Assembly (NCBI RefSeq): GCF_041984545.1
Contig: NZ_JBHIXV010000006.1
Coordinates: forward strand, 33,739 to 97,738
Source of the DNA: Marinobacter sp.
GTDB lineage: Bacteria; Pseudomonadota; Gammaproteobacteria; Pseudomonadales; Oleiphilaceae
Direction: 5' to 3'
Length of the DNA: 64,000 nucleotides
This document shows, one piece after another, positions 21,076-31,409 of this stretch (its first letter is position 1; every line of letters starts with the position of its first letter). A program made the position numbers and the translations under genes. The notes beneath the pieces are model-generated. The model was not told where the DNA came from. It did not search any database and worked only from the letters and a program-made list of their open reading frames with translations.

Positions 21076-22911
21076 TCAGTCGAGCTTGGAAAGATCCCGA
21101 ACGGCGCCTTTGTCGGCACTGGTGGCCAGAAGCGCATAGGCCTTGAGTGCGGCAGACACTTTGCGGTCTCTGGGCAGCTCCGGTTTCCAGCCCTTGGCAT
21201 CGCGGGCCTCACGGCGACGGTCCAGTTCACGCTGGTCGAGCTCGACGTTGATGGTCCGATTGGGAATGTCGATCCGGATAAGATCGCCATTTTCGATCAG
21301 GCCGATGGCACCGCCGGCTGCCGCCTCCGGTGAGGCGTGCCCGATGGACAGGCCGGAGGTTCCCCCGGAGAACCGGCCATCGGTCAGCAGCGCGCATTCC
21401 TTGCCCAGCCCCTTGGATTTCAGGTAACTGGTGGGGTACAGCATCTCCTGCATGCCAGGCCCACCACGGGGACCTTCGTAACGGATGATGACAACCTCTC
21501 CCGGTTTCACCTCGTCGGCGAGAATCCCGGCCACGGCCGAATCCTGGCTCTCAAACACCCGGGCCCTCCCTTCGAACACGTAGATGCTCTCGTCAACACC
21601 GGCGGTCTTGACCACGCAGCCGTCGAGGGCAATGTTGCCATAGAGCACGGCAAGGCCGCCCTCGGAGCTGTAGGCGTTCTCCACCGAACGGATGCAGCCG
21701 GTTTCCCGGTCACCGTCCAGGGAAGGCCAGCGGGTACTCTGGGAGAAAGCGGTCTGGGTAGGGATGCCTGCCGGCCCGGCCTTGTAGAATTCCACCACCT
21801 CGGGCGTTGGCGAGCGCATGATGTCCCAGGTCTCCAGCGCCTCCCGCATGGTCTTGCTGTGCACCGTGGGAAGATCGGTATTGATCAGTCCGCCGCGCTC
21901 CAGCTCACCCAGGATGCCCATGATACCGCCGGCCCGATGCACATCTTCCATGTGGTATTTCGGGGAGTTGGGCGCCACCTTGCACAGCTGCGGGACACGG
22001 CGGGACAGTTGATCGATCTCGTTGAGGGTGAACGGCACCCCACCTTCCTGGGCCGCCGCCAGCAGATGCAGGATCGTATTGGTGGAGCCGCCCATGGCAA
22101 TGTCCATCACCATGGCGTTTTCGAAGGCGGCCATGGAGGCAATGCTCAGGGGGAGCACGCTGGCATCGTCCTGCTCGTAATAGCGTCTCGCATTCTCCAC
22201 AATCTGGCGACCGGCCTTCAGGAACAGCTGCTCGCGGTCGGCATGGGTGGCCAGCAGAGAGCCGTTGCCGGGCAGGGCCAGGCCGATGGCCTCGGTCAGG
22301 CAGTTCATGGAGTTGGCGGTGAACATGCCGGAGCAGGATCCGCATGTGGGGCAGGCGCTGCGCTCGTACTCCTCGACCATTTCATCGCTGGCATTGGGGT
22401 CGGCCGCGATCACCATGGCATCCACCAGATCCAGCTTGTGTTCCGACAGCTTGGTCTTGCCGGCCTCCATGGGGCCGCCGGAGACAAAAACGGTGGGTAT
22501 GTTCAGGCGCATGGCGGCCATCAGCATGCCCGGGGTGATCTTGTCGCAGTTGGAAATGCACACCAGGGCATCGGCGCAGTGGGCATTGACCATGTATTCC
22601 ACCGAATCGGCGATCACTTCCCGGGACGGCAGGGAATACAGCATGCCGTCGTGGCCCATGGCGATGCCATCGTCCACGGCGATGGTGTTGAATTCCTTGG
22701 CAACGCCGCCGGCCGCCTCGATCTCGCGGCACACCAGTTGGCCCAGGTCTTTAAGGTGCACGTGGCCCGGTACAAACTGGGTGAAGGAGTTGGCAACCGC
22801 AATAATCGGCTTGCCAAAATCTTCGTTTTTCATACCGGTGGCGCGCCAGAGGGCGCGGGCGCCGGCCATGTTGCGACCGGCGGTGGAAGTCCGCGAACGA
22901 TACTGAGGCAT
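21076..22911 (-). CDS. ilvD: Dihydroxy-acid dehydratase
   Basis: [50 protein letters not shown]. Confidence 0.99.
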   Translation of the reverse strand: MPQYRSRTSTAGRNMAGARALWRATGMKNEDFGKPIIAVANSFTQFVPGHVHLKDLGQLVCREIEAAGGVAKEFNTIAVDDGIAMGHDGMLYSLPSREVIADSVEYMVNAHCADALVCISNCDKITPGMLMAAMRLNIPTVFVSGGPMEAGKTKLSEHKLDLVDAMVIAADPNASDEMVEEYERSACPTCGSCSGMFTANSMNCLTEAIGLALPGNGSLLATHADREQLFLKAGRQIVENARRYYEQDDASVLPLSIASMAAFENAMVMDIAMGGSTNTILHLLAAAQEGGVPFTLNEIDQLSRRVPQLCKVAPNSPKYHMEDVHRAGGIMGILGELERGGLINTDLPTVHSKTMREALETWDIMRSPTPEVVEFYKAGPAGIPTQTAFSQSTRWPSLDGDRETGCIRSVENAYSSEGGLAVLYGNIALDGCVVKTAGVDESIYVFEGRARVFESQDSAVAGILADEVKPGEVVIIRYEGPRGGPGMQEMLYPTSYLKSKGLGKECALLTDGRFSGGTSGLSIGHASPEAAAGGAIGLIENGDLIRIDIPNRTINVELDQRELDRRREARDAKGWKPELPRDRKVSAALKAYALLATSADKGAVRDLSKLD

Positions 22912-23070
22912 GGTGGTCTGGTCTCTCTGTTGGGGCCTGATGACGTCGATCAAAAAAACAGAGGATACCAGATTAGACTCCAGGCGCATGGTTGTTTTCA
23001 GGGGTGCTGTTTACAATAGTTAACACAGTGTTCATTTTTGTTCCGGTTTGAACCGGCAAGGAGTATGCCT

Positions 23071-24327
23071 ATGGCTGGCCAGGAAAGCCTGCCGCTTCGT
23101 CGTCTGAAAGAGTTCCAGCCCCTGAACCGGCTGACCGATGATCAGTTGGTGCTGTTGGCCAGTCGGGCCGAGCGCCGGACCCACGGGCCCGGGCAGCGGG
23201 TCCTGGAGCGGGGCGTGCGCGACGGCCTGGATTTCTTCCTGATTGCCGGCAAGATCGAACTGGAATCCCAGGATGGTCGAAAATCGGTGATCGAGGCGGA
23301 GACCGAAAAGGCCCTGAACCCCATTGCGCGCCTGCAGCCACGCATGTACCACGTTACCGCCGTCAAGCCCTGCGAGTTCCTGGTGGTGGAGCAGGAGATC
23401 CTGAACCAACTACTACGGGCCGCACCGGTGGCACAGGTGGAGATGGATTCCGGCGAGGGCCTGGGGAGTGGCGAAAGTGAGGAACATCACCTGCTGATGG
23501 AGTTCTACTCGGAGCTGAGGTCGAATCAGATCAAGTTGCCAAGCGTTCCGGATGTTGCCTGGAAAGTGCGCCGCGCTGTGGACCGAGAAGACTCCACCGC
23601 GGATCAGGTGGCGCTGGCAGTCTCGGCCGACCCGGCCATGGCGGCGAAACTGGTGCGTGCCTGTAACAGCCCCCTGTACCGGGGCTTCAGCGATGTGCGC
23701 AACGTGCGTGAGGCCGTCGTCCGATTGGGCATGCGCACTACCCGGCAGCTGGTGACCGTGTTTTCCATGCGAGAAGTGTTCAAGACCCGGCAGCCGGCGC
23801 TGCAGAAAGAAATGGAGAAGCTCTGGCGCCATTCCCGTGAGGTGGCGGCACTGAGCTGGGTGCTGGCAGACCACGCCACCCGTCTGGACCCTGAGGAAGC
23901 GCTGCTGGCGGGCCTGCTGCACGACATCGGTGTAGTGCCCATCCTGGTACAGGCCGAGCATCACGTGAACCTCTTTGCCGATGAGGCCAACCTGCGCCAC
24001 GCCATCGATGAGCTCAGGGCTGACGTGGGCACCGCGGTGCTGGAGAACTGGTCGTTCCCGCCGGCGTTTGTCGAGGCGGTTCGCCATGCCGAGGACTGGG
24101 ACTACGAGTGCCGGGAGAGCAATCCCCAGCTGGTGGACGTGGTGATCGTGGCGCAATTGCATTCGATGATCGGTTCCAGCCAGAATGCAGACCTGCCCCC
24201 GTTCGACCGTGTGCCTGCCTACCGGCGTCTGGGAGAACTTGAATTGAACGCTTCGCGCAGTTTGCAGCTTCTGACAGAGGCCAGGGCCCGGGTCGACGAA
24301 GTGCAGCAATTGCTGTCCATTCGATAG
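23071..24327 (+). CDS. HDOD-domain protein with N-terminal cNMP-binding-like domain
   Basis: LPSVPDVA, DPAMAAKLVRACNSPLY, EAVVRLG, LLAGLLHDIG; N-terminal beta-roll-like segment (FFLIAGKIEL). Confidence 0.85.
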   Translation: MAGQESLPLRRLKEFQPLNRLTDDQLVLLASRAERRTHGPGQRVLERGVRDGLDFFLIAGKIELESQDGRKSVIEAETEKALNPIARLQPRMYHVTAVKPCEFLVVEQEILNQLLRAAPVAQVEMDSGEGLGSGESEEHHLLMEFYSELRSNQIKLPSVPDVAWKVRRAVDREDSTADQVALAVSADPAMAAKLVRACNSPLYRGFSDVRNVREAVVRLGMRTTRQLVTVFSMREVFKTRQPALQKEMEKLWRHSREVAALSWVLADHATRLDPEEALLAGLLHDIGVVPILVQAEHHVNLFADEANLRHAIDELRADVGTAVLENWSFPPAFVEAVRHAEDWDYECRESNPQLVDVVIVAQLHSMIGSSQNADLPPFDRVPAYRRLGELELNASRSLQLLTEARARVDEVQQLLSIR

Positions 24328-24379
24328 CGTAACGGACAGCGTGGACTGTGGAGCCTGAATGCCGGTGACTGTTGAACTT

Positions 24380-24958
24380 ATGAACGTACCTCTGTTCCCC
24401 CTGAATTCCATTGTCCTGCCCAGGGGGCGGATTCCCCTTCAGCTGTTCGAGCCAAGGTACATCGACATGTTGACCCGCTGTCTCAAGGAAGACCGTGGAT
24501 TTGTTGTTGTGCTGCTGCGCGAGGGCGGCGAGACCGGGCCGGTGGCGGCTTTCTACGACATCGGCACCTACGTGCGCATCATCGACTTTCAGCAGCTGGA
24601 GAACGGATTGCTGGGAATCACGGTGGAGGGCGAATCCAAGGTGTCCGTGGTGCGAAGCTGGCAACAGGAGGACGGTCTCAATGTGGGCGATGTCGAGTGT
24701 CTGGTGGAAGAGGCCGGAAGCGAGGTGCCGGAACGCTACAGCGAATTGCCCTCGGTGCTGCGGGCCCTGTTTCGGCACCCGGTGATCCGCGATCTCAACA
24801 TGGACATCGACTACGAGGATGCCCGGGACGTTGGCTGGCGGCTGACCGAACTGCTGCCGCTGGACAAACAGGAAAAACAGAAGCTGGTTGAGCTGCAGGA
24901 CCCCCTGGAACGCCTCGACCGCCTCCAGGGATTGCTGGAAGCCCTGGAGGAAGGCTAG
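24380..24958 (+). CDS. Stand-alone LON peptidase substrate-binding (N-terminal) domain protein
   Basis: PLFPLNSIVLP..IPLQLFEPRYIDML; no AAA+ or protease domain. Confidence 0.9.
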   Translation: MNVPLFPLNSIVLPRGRIPLQLFEPRYIDMLTRCLKEDRGFVVVLLREGGETGPVAAFYDIGTYVRIIDFQQLENGLLGITVEGESKVSVVRSWQQEDGLNVGDVECLVEEAGSEVPERYSELPSVLRALFRHPVIRDLNMDIDYEDARDVGWRLTELLPLDKQEKQKLVELQDPLERLDRLQGLLEALEEG

Positions 24959-24973
24959 CAGGTCGGGAGCCGC

Positions 24974-26437
24974 CTAGCGGATCTCGGCGGGGGCGGGCTG
25001 GAAACCGACCACCGCTTCTTCCCAGGAATGCGCTACGTAGGCGCCGGCGAACAACAGCCAGAGCACGACGGCCGCCGCCAGGGTGATGTCCGGCGCCAGT
25101 GGTACACGGTCGTAGCGGCTGTAACTGGCCCTCACCGCGCCGGTCACGGCAAGCCCCAGCAACAGTCCGCCGATCACATCGGTAAACCAGTGAACCCCCA
25201 GGTAGAGTCGACTCAGAGCCACCGGAATCAGGGGCAGGGACAGCAGCACGTAGTGTTGCCAGCGCTTGCGGTGCCGGCTTTCGCCCGCAACAAAGCTCGC
25301 AGCCAGCGTCACCAACAGAGTAATGCCTGCGGCATGGCCGCTCGGAAACGCGCCCGACGACGGCGGTAGCAGGACCTCATGGGGCCTGGGCACTGCGAGC
25401 AGTGATTTCAGACTCCACACCAGCAGGATGGTCACCGCCGCAGCCAGTGCTATGTGCAATGCCGCCGCGTAGTAACCCCTGAACGCCAGGGCGGCGCACG
25501 CGAGTACCCCGGCGGCAATCAGCACCGGCGGATCACCCAGCAGGGTCAGGGCAATAAAGGGAGCGTCCAGCAGGGGCTGGCGCAGCTGATCGAACCATTG
25601 AAGCGTGGCCTGGTTGAAACCGTCCAGCAGGTGGGTTGAGGTGGCGAGCTGGCCCCACAGAAGGCAGAGTGACGAGGCGCCCAGGGCAAGCAACAGGGAG
25701 GCGAGGGGGAACTCGCCCTCGCTTGCGGGGCGATGATTGGTATAAAGCCGCCAGAACCGATGGGTTGCTTCGTACTGTGCCATCCATCGTTTAAGCCACT
25801 GATACAGCCAGCTGTCCTCGCCCAGTCCCATCTGGAACCGTAGCACCAGGAAATAGACCAGCACCAGCACCAGGATGCTGACGCCTGTTACTGCGTAGAA
25901 GTGAGCCGGCGGCCGGATGTCACTGGCCAGAGCGCTGCCGACGACGAAGCCCGGAACAATGTAGACCGGTGCCCAGGCCAGCGCGGAACCGACATTGAAA
26001 GCCAGGAAGCGGCGCCAGGACATCATCAGTGCGCCAGCTATCAGAGGAATGATGGGTCTCAACGGGCCAACGAAGCGCCCGATAATGACGCTCTTGCCGC
26101 CATGCCGGTGGAAAAACCTCTCCCCCTTGCCAATCAGCACGGGGTAGCGGCTGAGTGGCCAGAGGTCGGTCAGTCGGCCCTGAAGCAGACGGCCGAGAGC
26201 GAAGCTTGCGGTATCCCCGGCGATGGCGCCAAGTCCGGCCCAGAGCAGCGCCTCGGGCAGGGGCATGCCGGTTTCCCCGGCCAGAACGGCCACCGCGAAC
26301 AGGATAGCGACGCCGGGAACCACAATCCCGGCAAGGGCCAGGGACTCAATGAACGCGGTAACAAACAGCGCCAGGGCCAGCCAGCCGGGGTTGGCGCCGA
26401 GCCAGGCCGAGAGCTCGTTCAGCCAGCCACTGCTCAT
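24974..26437 (-). CDS. Bifunctional DedA / PAP2 phosphatase membrane protein (LssY-like)
   Basis: DedA motifs ESLALAGIVVPG and GRFVGPLR; PAP2 C1 KSLLAVPRP, C2 PSGH, C3 SRLYLGVHWFTD. Confidence 0.93.
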   Translation of the reverse strand: MSSGWLNELSAWLGANPGWLALALFVTAFIESLALAGIVVPGVAILFAVAVLAGETGMPLPEALLWAGLGAIAGDTASFALGRLLQGRLTDLWPLSRYPVLIGKGERFFHRHGGKSVIIGRFVGPLRPIIPLIAGALMMSWRRFLAFNVGSALAWAPVYIVPGFVVGSALASDIRPPAHFYAVTGVSILVLVLVYFLVLRFQMGLGEDSWLYQWLKRWMAQYEATHRFWRLYTNHRPASEGEFPLASLLLALGASSLCLLWGQLATSTHLLDGFNQATLQWFDQLRQPLLDAPFIALTLLGDPPVLIAAGVLACAALAFRGYYAAALHIALAAAVTILLVWSLKSLLAVPRPHEVLLPPSSGAFPSGHAAGITLLVTLAASFVAGESRHRKRWQHYVLLSLPLIPVALSRLYLGVHWFTDVIGGLLLGLAVTGAVRASYSRYDRVPLAPDITLAAAVVLWLLFAGAYVAHSWEEAVVGFQPAPAEIR

Positions 26438-27432
26438 GTCGTGATGGTTTCTCCGGGGCTGAACCAGACCGAATCCGCGCCACGCCTGCGGGCTTCCTCC
26501 ATGGCCTGGTGCGCCCGCTTGCGGAGCGTGTCGGTGCGGGTGTCGCCGCTGCCGCGAGTGGTGCAGCCCAGGCTGACGGTAACACGGCCCACCACTGGCC
26601 ACTGGTGCTCGGCAATGGTTCGGCGAATCCGTTCAGCGATTACCCGCAAACCTTCCTCGGGTGTGAAGGGCAGAATCAGGAAAAACTCGGCATCCTTGAG
26701 CGTGTAGAGGCTGTCGCCGGCGCGAATGACGCCGAACAGGTGCTCGGTCATGTTGCGCAGTAGCACCTGGGCCTGGTCCCGGCCATGGAGGTCGCTGATG
26801 TCGTCCGCGTAGTCAATGCGCAGGTTGATCACGGACAGGCAATGGCCAGTGGCGATGGCGCGGCTGATTTCCTTCTGCAGTGTCTCGTCCAGGAACCGGG
26901 CATTGTGGGCGCCGGTCACCGGATCTGTGATGGCGAGGTCTTCTGCAGACTGGGCCATATGGCCGTAGTGCCAGATGTAAAGCGAGGCCACAGCCAACAG
27001 CAGAAACAGCCCGCTGATCACCGTGAGAGCTTCGGCCGGGGCCAGGTCAAATAGCAGCACAACTGACATCGGCACCAGCAGCACGAGTGACAGTGCCAGC
27101 CCCTGGCGCAGGGGCAGAATCAGCAGGTTGAGTACCACCAGGGGCATGGCCCAGTGGCTGATGCCGGGCGCTTCCAGGCTGAGCAGGGCCGCCAGAAGGC
27201 CGCTGTTCAGGCCGGCCAGGATGATCAGGTGGCCTGGCGCCGATAGCTGGTGGCGCCGGCAGATCACGGTGTAGACCGCACCGGCGAAGGTGAGGACTGC
27301 CATGCCGGCGGCCAGATAGAAGAGCTCATAGAAGCCATAGCGCAGGTTCTGCATTGCCAGCGTGAAGATGAACACGCAGGCGAGGCCGTAGCCGAAGGCA
27401 TGGGTCCAGGTACGCAGGCGGGTCTCGGTCAT
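26434..27432 (-). CDS. Membrane protein with degenerate GGDEF domain (KDAEF)
   Basis: About 5 TM, TDPVTGAHN, RAGD-SLYTL-KDAEF, VTVSLG. Confidence 0.88.
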   Translation of the reverse strand: MTETRLRTWTHAFGYGLACVFIFTLAMQNLRYGFYELFYLAAGMAVLTFAGAVYTVICRRHQLSAPGHLIILAGLNSGLLAALLSLEAPGISHWAMPLVVLNLLILPLRQGLALSLVLLVPMSVVLLFDLAPAEALTVISGLFLLLAVASLYIWHYGHMAQSAEDLAITDPVTGAHNARFLDETLQKEISRAIATGHCLSVINLRIDYADDISDLHGRDQAQVLLRNMTEHLFGVIRAGDSLYTLKDAEFFLILPFTPEEGLRVIAERIRRTIAEHQWPVVGRVTVSLGCTTRGSGDTRTDTLRKRAHQAMEEARRRGADSVWFSPGETITT

Positions 27433-28433
27433 GATGCCTGTCCCCGGCTTGGCTGTGCGGGCTTCGACCAGGCGCTGTAGGCCTGGCTGCGGTTGCCGCC
27501 CTGTTGTTGCGCCCGGCGCAGGGCGTTGGCGGCACTCTGTTGCAGGGTGTTGGCGTCATCGCCGATATTCAGTCCGGCAATCCCGGTGCTGACAGTCAGA
27601 TTCATGCCGTGCGACTCAAGCAGGGTCGCCAGACCCTTGCGGATAATCTCCGCCCTGGTGAGGGCGTCGCCCGTGGAAATGCCTGGCAGGATCACCAGAA
27701 ACTGGAGATCGGCCACCCGGTAGTAGGTGTCGAAATCCCGGATCTGGGAGTGCAGATACCGGCCGATCCGGGGGAGGATGGAGCGGATATCTTCGTCAGG
27801 CTCACTCTCGCTCAGATGCGCATCCAGCCCGATCATCAGAATCGACATGTCGGTGCCTTCACGCTCGCTGCGCTGGATTTCCTTGTGCAGGTCGGCAGAG
27901 AGGTACTCCCGGCTGGCGGCCTGGGTAAGTTCATCGGTTCGGCGAAGCGGCGCCAGTTGGCGGCTCTTGTACTCGCGCAGGAAGATCAGCAGTGCGGACA
28001 GAAGCACCGTCAGCAAAAAGGCGCTGATCATCTGGTGCCGGTCGGCAAGCCCCACGGCCCACTGGCTTGCACTGACGGCCAGGCCAATCACAACCAGGGC
28101 TACCACAGCCGCTACGGGCGGCGGAACCAGGGCAAAGGCAACCAGTGGCAGAGCGTAGAGCCAGTGGCTGAGCACCCAGGGCCCGGTCCAGAAACTGACC
28201 AGCAGAATCAGCAGAAGAACCACGAAAAAACCCTGCTGAACCCTGGGCCACGGCTGCCTCGCACGGCCCGGGTGAAAGGTCCTCCCGGAAACAACCATCC
28301 CTGCCGCTGCTGCCGCTGCGGCAGAAACCAGGGGCTCACCGAGCAGTGCGCAGGCGGCTGCGACGGCAACCAGTGCCACAAACCCTGTCCTGGACAGCTT
28401 GCTCAACAGGAATTTTTCGGCCATCTGGGCCAT
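27429..28433 (-). CDS. Membrane protein with degenerate GGDEF domain (ADLQF)
   Basis: TM N-terminus, TDELTQAAS, RDFD-TYYRV-ADLQF, LTVSTGIA, ALRRAQQQGGNR. Confidence 0.88.
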   Translation of the reverse strand: MAQMAEKFLLSKLSRTGFVALVAVAAACALLGEPLVSAAAAAAAGMVVSGRTFHPGRARQPWPRVQQGFFVVLLLILLVSFWTGPWVLSHWLYALPLVAFALVPPPVAAVVALVVIGLAVSASQWAVGLADRHQMISAFLLTVLLSALLIFLREYKSRQLAPLRRTDELTQAASREYLSADLHKEIQRSEREGTDMSILMIGLDAHLSESEPDEDIRSILPRIGRYLHSQIRDFDTYYRVADLQFLVILPGISTGDALTRAEIIRKGLATLLESHGMNLTVSTGIAGLNIGDDANTLQQSAANALRRAQQQGGNRSQAYSAWSKPAQPSRGQAS

Positions 28434-28593
28434 GGTGTCCTTCCTTTTTTGAACTCCCTGAAAAAACGTCAGGTAATGCCGGAGTATGGCATACCGCAGC
28501 GGTATAATATCTGTTTGGGATGCGTACTTGAAACGGGAAAGGTAAAGTTAGGCCCTTATTCCCGATTCCGCTTTGAAACAGAAAGGTAACAGA

Positions 28594-29850
28594 ATGGATA
28601 TTGCAGCTTACATGGCCGAGGTGGGGCAACAGGCGCGTGCAGCGGCCACCCGGGTCGCCCGCTCGACCACCGCCGTGCGCAATCAGGCTCTGCTGGCCAC
28701 CGCGGAGGCCCTTGATTCGGCCCGGGAGGAGCTGGCCCTGGCCAATGCCAAGGATTTGCAGCGCGGCCGGGAAAACGGTCTGGATGCGGCGATGCTTGAC
28801 CGGCTGGAGCTGACGGGCCAGCGCATTGACGCCATGATCGAGGGACTGCGCCAGGTGGCTTCGCTGCCCGACCCGATCGGCGCCATCACCGACATGACCT
28901 ATCGGCCTTCCGGTATCCAGGTGGGCAAGATGCGGGTTCCGCTGGGGGTCATCGGCATCATCTACGAGTCCCGGCCGAATGTGACAGTGGAGGCCGCCAG
29001 CCTGTGCCTGAAATCCGGCAATGCCACCATCCTGCGCGGCGGTTCCGAATCCATACATTCCAACCAGGCCATCGCCCGCTGCCTGGCTGAGGGGCTGGCC
29101 AGCGCCGGTTTGCCCGAGTCGGCGGTGCAGGTCATCAAGACCACAGACCGCGCCGCGGTTGGCGAATTGATCACCATGCCGGCCTATGTCGATGTGATCG
29201 TGCCCCGGGGCGGCAAGGGCCTGATCGAGCGAATCAGTCGCGACGCCCGGGTTCCGGTGATCAAGCACCTCGACGGTGTTTGCCATGTCTACATCGACAG
29301 CCATGCAGATCCCGAGAAAGCACTGAAGGTGGCGGTCAATGCCAAGACCCAGCGCTATGGCACCTGCAATACCATGGAGACCCTGCTGGTGGATCGGGAG
29401 ATTGCCGAAGATATCCTGCCGCTGCTGGCCTCGGCCTTTGTTGAGAAAGGCGTGGAGCTCCGCGGCTGCGAGCAGACCCGTGCATTCGTAGAGGGCCTGG
29501 CGGCAGCCACCGAGGCCGATTGGGAGGCGGAGTACCTGGCGCCGATTCTGGCCATCCGCGTCGTTGATGGTCTCGACGGTGCCATCGAGCACATCAACCG
29601 TTACAGTTCCCAGCACACCGATAGCATCATCACCGAGAACTACACCCGGGCCCGGCGGTTCCTGACCGAGGTGGACTCGAGTTCGGTGATGGTCAATGCG
29701 TCCACCCGGTTTGCCGATGGCTTCGAGTATGGACTGGGGGCAGAGATCGGTATTTCCACCGACAAGATTCACGCGCGTGGGCCAGTGGGGCTCGAAGGAC
29801 TAACCTCCCAGAAATACGTGGTGTTCGGCGACGGCCACATCCGGACCTGA
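28594..29850 (+). CDS. proA: Gamma-glutamyl phosphate reductase
   Basis: [46 protein letters not shown]. Confidence 0.98.
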   Translation: MDIAAYMAEVGQQARAAATRVARSTTAVRNQALLATAEALDSAREELALANAKDLQRGRENGLDAAMLDRLELTGQRIDAMIEGLRQVASLPDPIGAITDMTYRPSGIQVGKMRVPLGVIGIIYESRPNVTVEAASLCLKSGNATILRGGSESIHSNQAIARCLAEGLASAGLPESAVQVIKTTDRAAVGELITMPAYVDVIVPRGGKGLIERISRDARVPVIKHLDGVCHVYIDSHADPEKALKVAVNAKTQRYGTCNTMETLLVDREIAEDILPLLASAFVEKGVELRGCEQTRAFVEGLAAATEADWEAEYLAPILAIRVVDGLDGAIEHINRYSSQHTDSIITENYTRARRFLTEVDSSSVMVNASTRFADGFEYGLGAEIGISTDKIHARGPVGLEGLTSQKYVVFGDGHIRT

Positions 29851-29855
29851 TCGTC

Positions 29856-30506
29856 ATGCATGTGATCTATGGCGGCACCTTCGACCCGATCCACCACGGT
29901 CACCTGAGGCTGGCTCTCGAGGTGTGGGATCGCATCGGGGTGGACACCATCAGCCTGGTACCCTGCCACATTCCGCCCCACCGGGACGAAACCGGAGCAA
30001 CCCCGGATCAGCGGCTCGCGTTGCTCAGGCTGGCCGTTGCCGGGGAGCCCGGGCTGAAGATCGACGACCGGGAGCTCAGGCGCCAGGGTGCATCGTATAC
30101 GGCGGACACTCTGCGCCAGTTGCGCGATGAGCTCGGCCCCGACGAGCCGTTGGCCATGGTGGTGGGCACCGATTCTTTCGCGGATTTCGACCGCTGGCGT
30201 GACTGGCAGCGGATTCCGGAGCTGGCGCATGTGATTGTGGTGCGTCGCCCGGGCGCGGAGGTGTCCGCCTCCGGATTGCCCGGCAAGCTGCTGGCCGAGC
30301 GGCGCGTAACCAATCCCCATCGCCTGCATTCCCAGCCTGCCGGCTGCCTCCTCGAACTGGAGCCGCCGTTGCTGGATATCTCGGCCACGGCCATCCGTGA
30401 GCGCATCGCCGATGGGCGTTCACCACGCTACCTCCTTCCAGATCCGGTATGGGCGGAAATTCGTCGCCTGGGGCTGTATGGCGCCTGCCCTGACGGGAAC
30501 TTTTAG
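29856..30506 (+). CDS. nadD: Nicotinate-nucleotide adenylyltransferase
   Basis: [25 protein letters not shown]. Confidence 0.97.
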   Translation: MHVIYGGTFDPIHHGHLRLALEVWDRIGVDTISLVPCHIPPHRDETGATPDQRLALLRLAVAGEPGLKIDDRELRRQGASYTADTLRQLRDELGPDEPLAMVVGTDSFADFDRWRDWQRIPELAHVIVVRRPGAEVSASGLPGKLLAERRVTNPHRLHSQPAGCLLELEPPLLDISATAIRERIADGRSPRYLLPDPVWAEIRRLGLYGACPDGNF

Positions 30507-30515
30507 TGCTACAAT
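30507..30515 (+). promoter_or_regulatory. Extended -10 element, possible internal promoter for rsfS-rlmH-mrdA
   Basis: TGCTACAAT immediately after the nadD stop. Confidence 0.4.
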
Positions 30516-30576
30516 CGCGTCTGAACAGCAGACATCGGGCGGCCATACCGGCAAACGCCCGATCAACAGGGTGATT

Positions 30577-30927
30577 ATGCAGGCAGAGCAACTGAAAGAA
30601 CTGGTCATCAACGCGCTAGAAGATGTGAAAGCACAGGACATCAGCGTCATCGATGTCCGAGACCGTACCAGCGTGACCGACTTCATGGTCCTGGCATCCG
30701 GAACCTCCAATCGACACGTCAAATCCCTTGCTGATTCCGTGGTTGGCGAAGCCAAGGACAAAGGCGTGCGTGCCAGCAATGTCGAGGGTGGTGCCGCCAG
30801 TGACTGGATTCTGGTGGATCTGGGCGATGTGGTTGTCCACGTCATGATGCCAGCCACGCGGGAATTCTACGATCTGGAGCGGTTCTGGCGCGATGCTCCT
30901 GATCTTGGTGTTGCAGGCAGCGAATAA
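30577..30927 (+). CDS. rsfS: Ribosome silencing factor
   Basis: [34 protein letters not shown]. Confidence 0.97.
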   Translation: MQAEQLKELVINALEDVKAQDISVIDVRDRTSVTDFMVLASGTSNRHVKSLADSVVGEAKDKGVRASNVEGGAASDWILVDLGDVVVHVMMPATREFYDLERFWRDAPDLGVAGSE

Positions 30928-30929
30928 TC

Positions 30930-31400
30930 ATGCGGTTACGTCTGATCTGCGTGGGGCAGAAAATGCCCGACTGGGTCAGTACCGGGTTTGCAGAATACGC
31001 CCGTCGAATGCCACCGGAATTGCCCCTGGACCTGGTTGAGATCCCCGTGGCCCACAGGGGCAAGAATCCTGACATACCCAGACTGATGCAGCGAGAGAGT
31101 GATGCCATCCTGGCCGCCGCCGGTCCCCGTGATCGGGTGGTTGCTCTGGAAGTTGGCGGGCGCCCCTGGTCTACCGAAAAACTGGCGAGCCAGCTTGAAA
31201 GCTGGCAGCAGGACGGCCGGGATGTCAGTTTCCTGGTGGGTGGCCCCGATGGCCTGGCGGACGACTGCCGGAAACGGGCCGACCAGCAGTGGTCGCTGTC
31301 ACCGCTTACGCTGCCCCATCCGCTGGTACGCATTGTGCTCGCTGAGCAGTTATACCGGGCCTGGTCAATCACCCGCAACCACCCGTACCACCGGGCTTAG
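30930..31400 (+). CDS. rlmH: 23S rRNA pseudouridine-1915 N3-methyltransferase
   Basis: [32 protein letters not shown]. Confidence 0.98.
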   Translation: MRLRLICVGQKMPDWVSTGFAEYARRMPPELPLDLVEIPVAHRGKNPDIPRLMQRESDAILAAAGPRDRVVALEVGGRPWSTEKLASQLESWQQDGRDVSFLVGGPDGLADDCRKRADQQWSLSPLTLPHPLVRIVLAEQLYRAWSITRNHPYHRA

Positions 31401-31409
31401 GGGGCTGTC

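Noticed and set aside
22912-22989. Leu/Val/Ile-rich upstream ORF as an ilvD attenuator leader
   Set aside because: It is in frame with ilvD rather than a separate peptide, and no terminator/antiterminator hairpins are visible.
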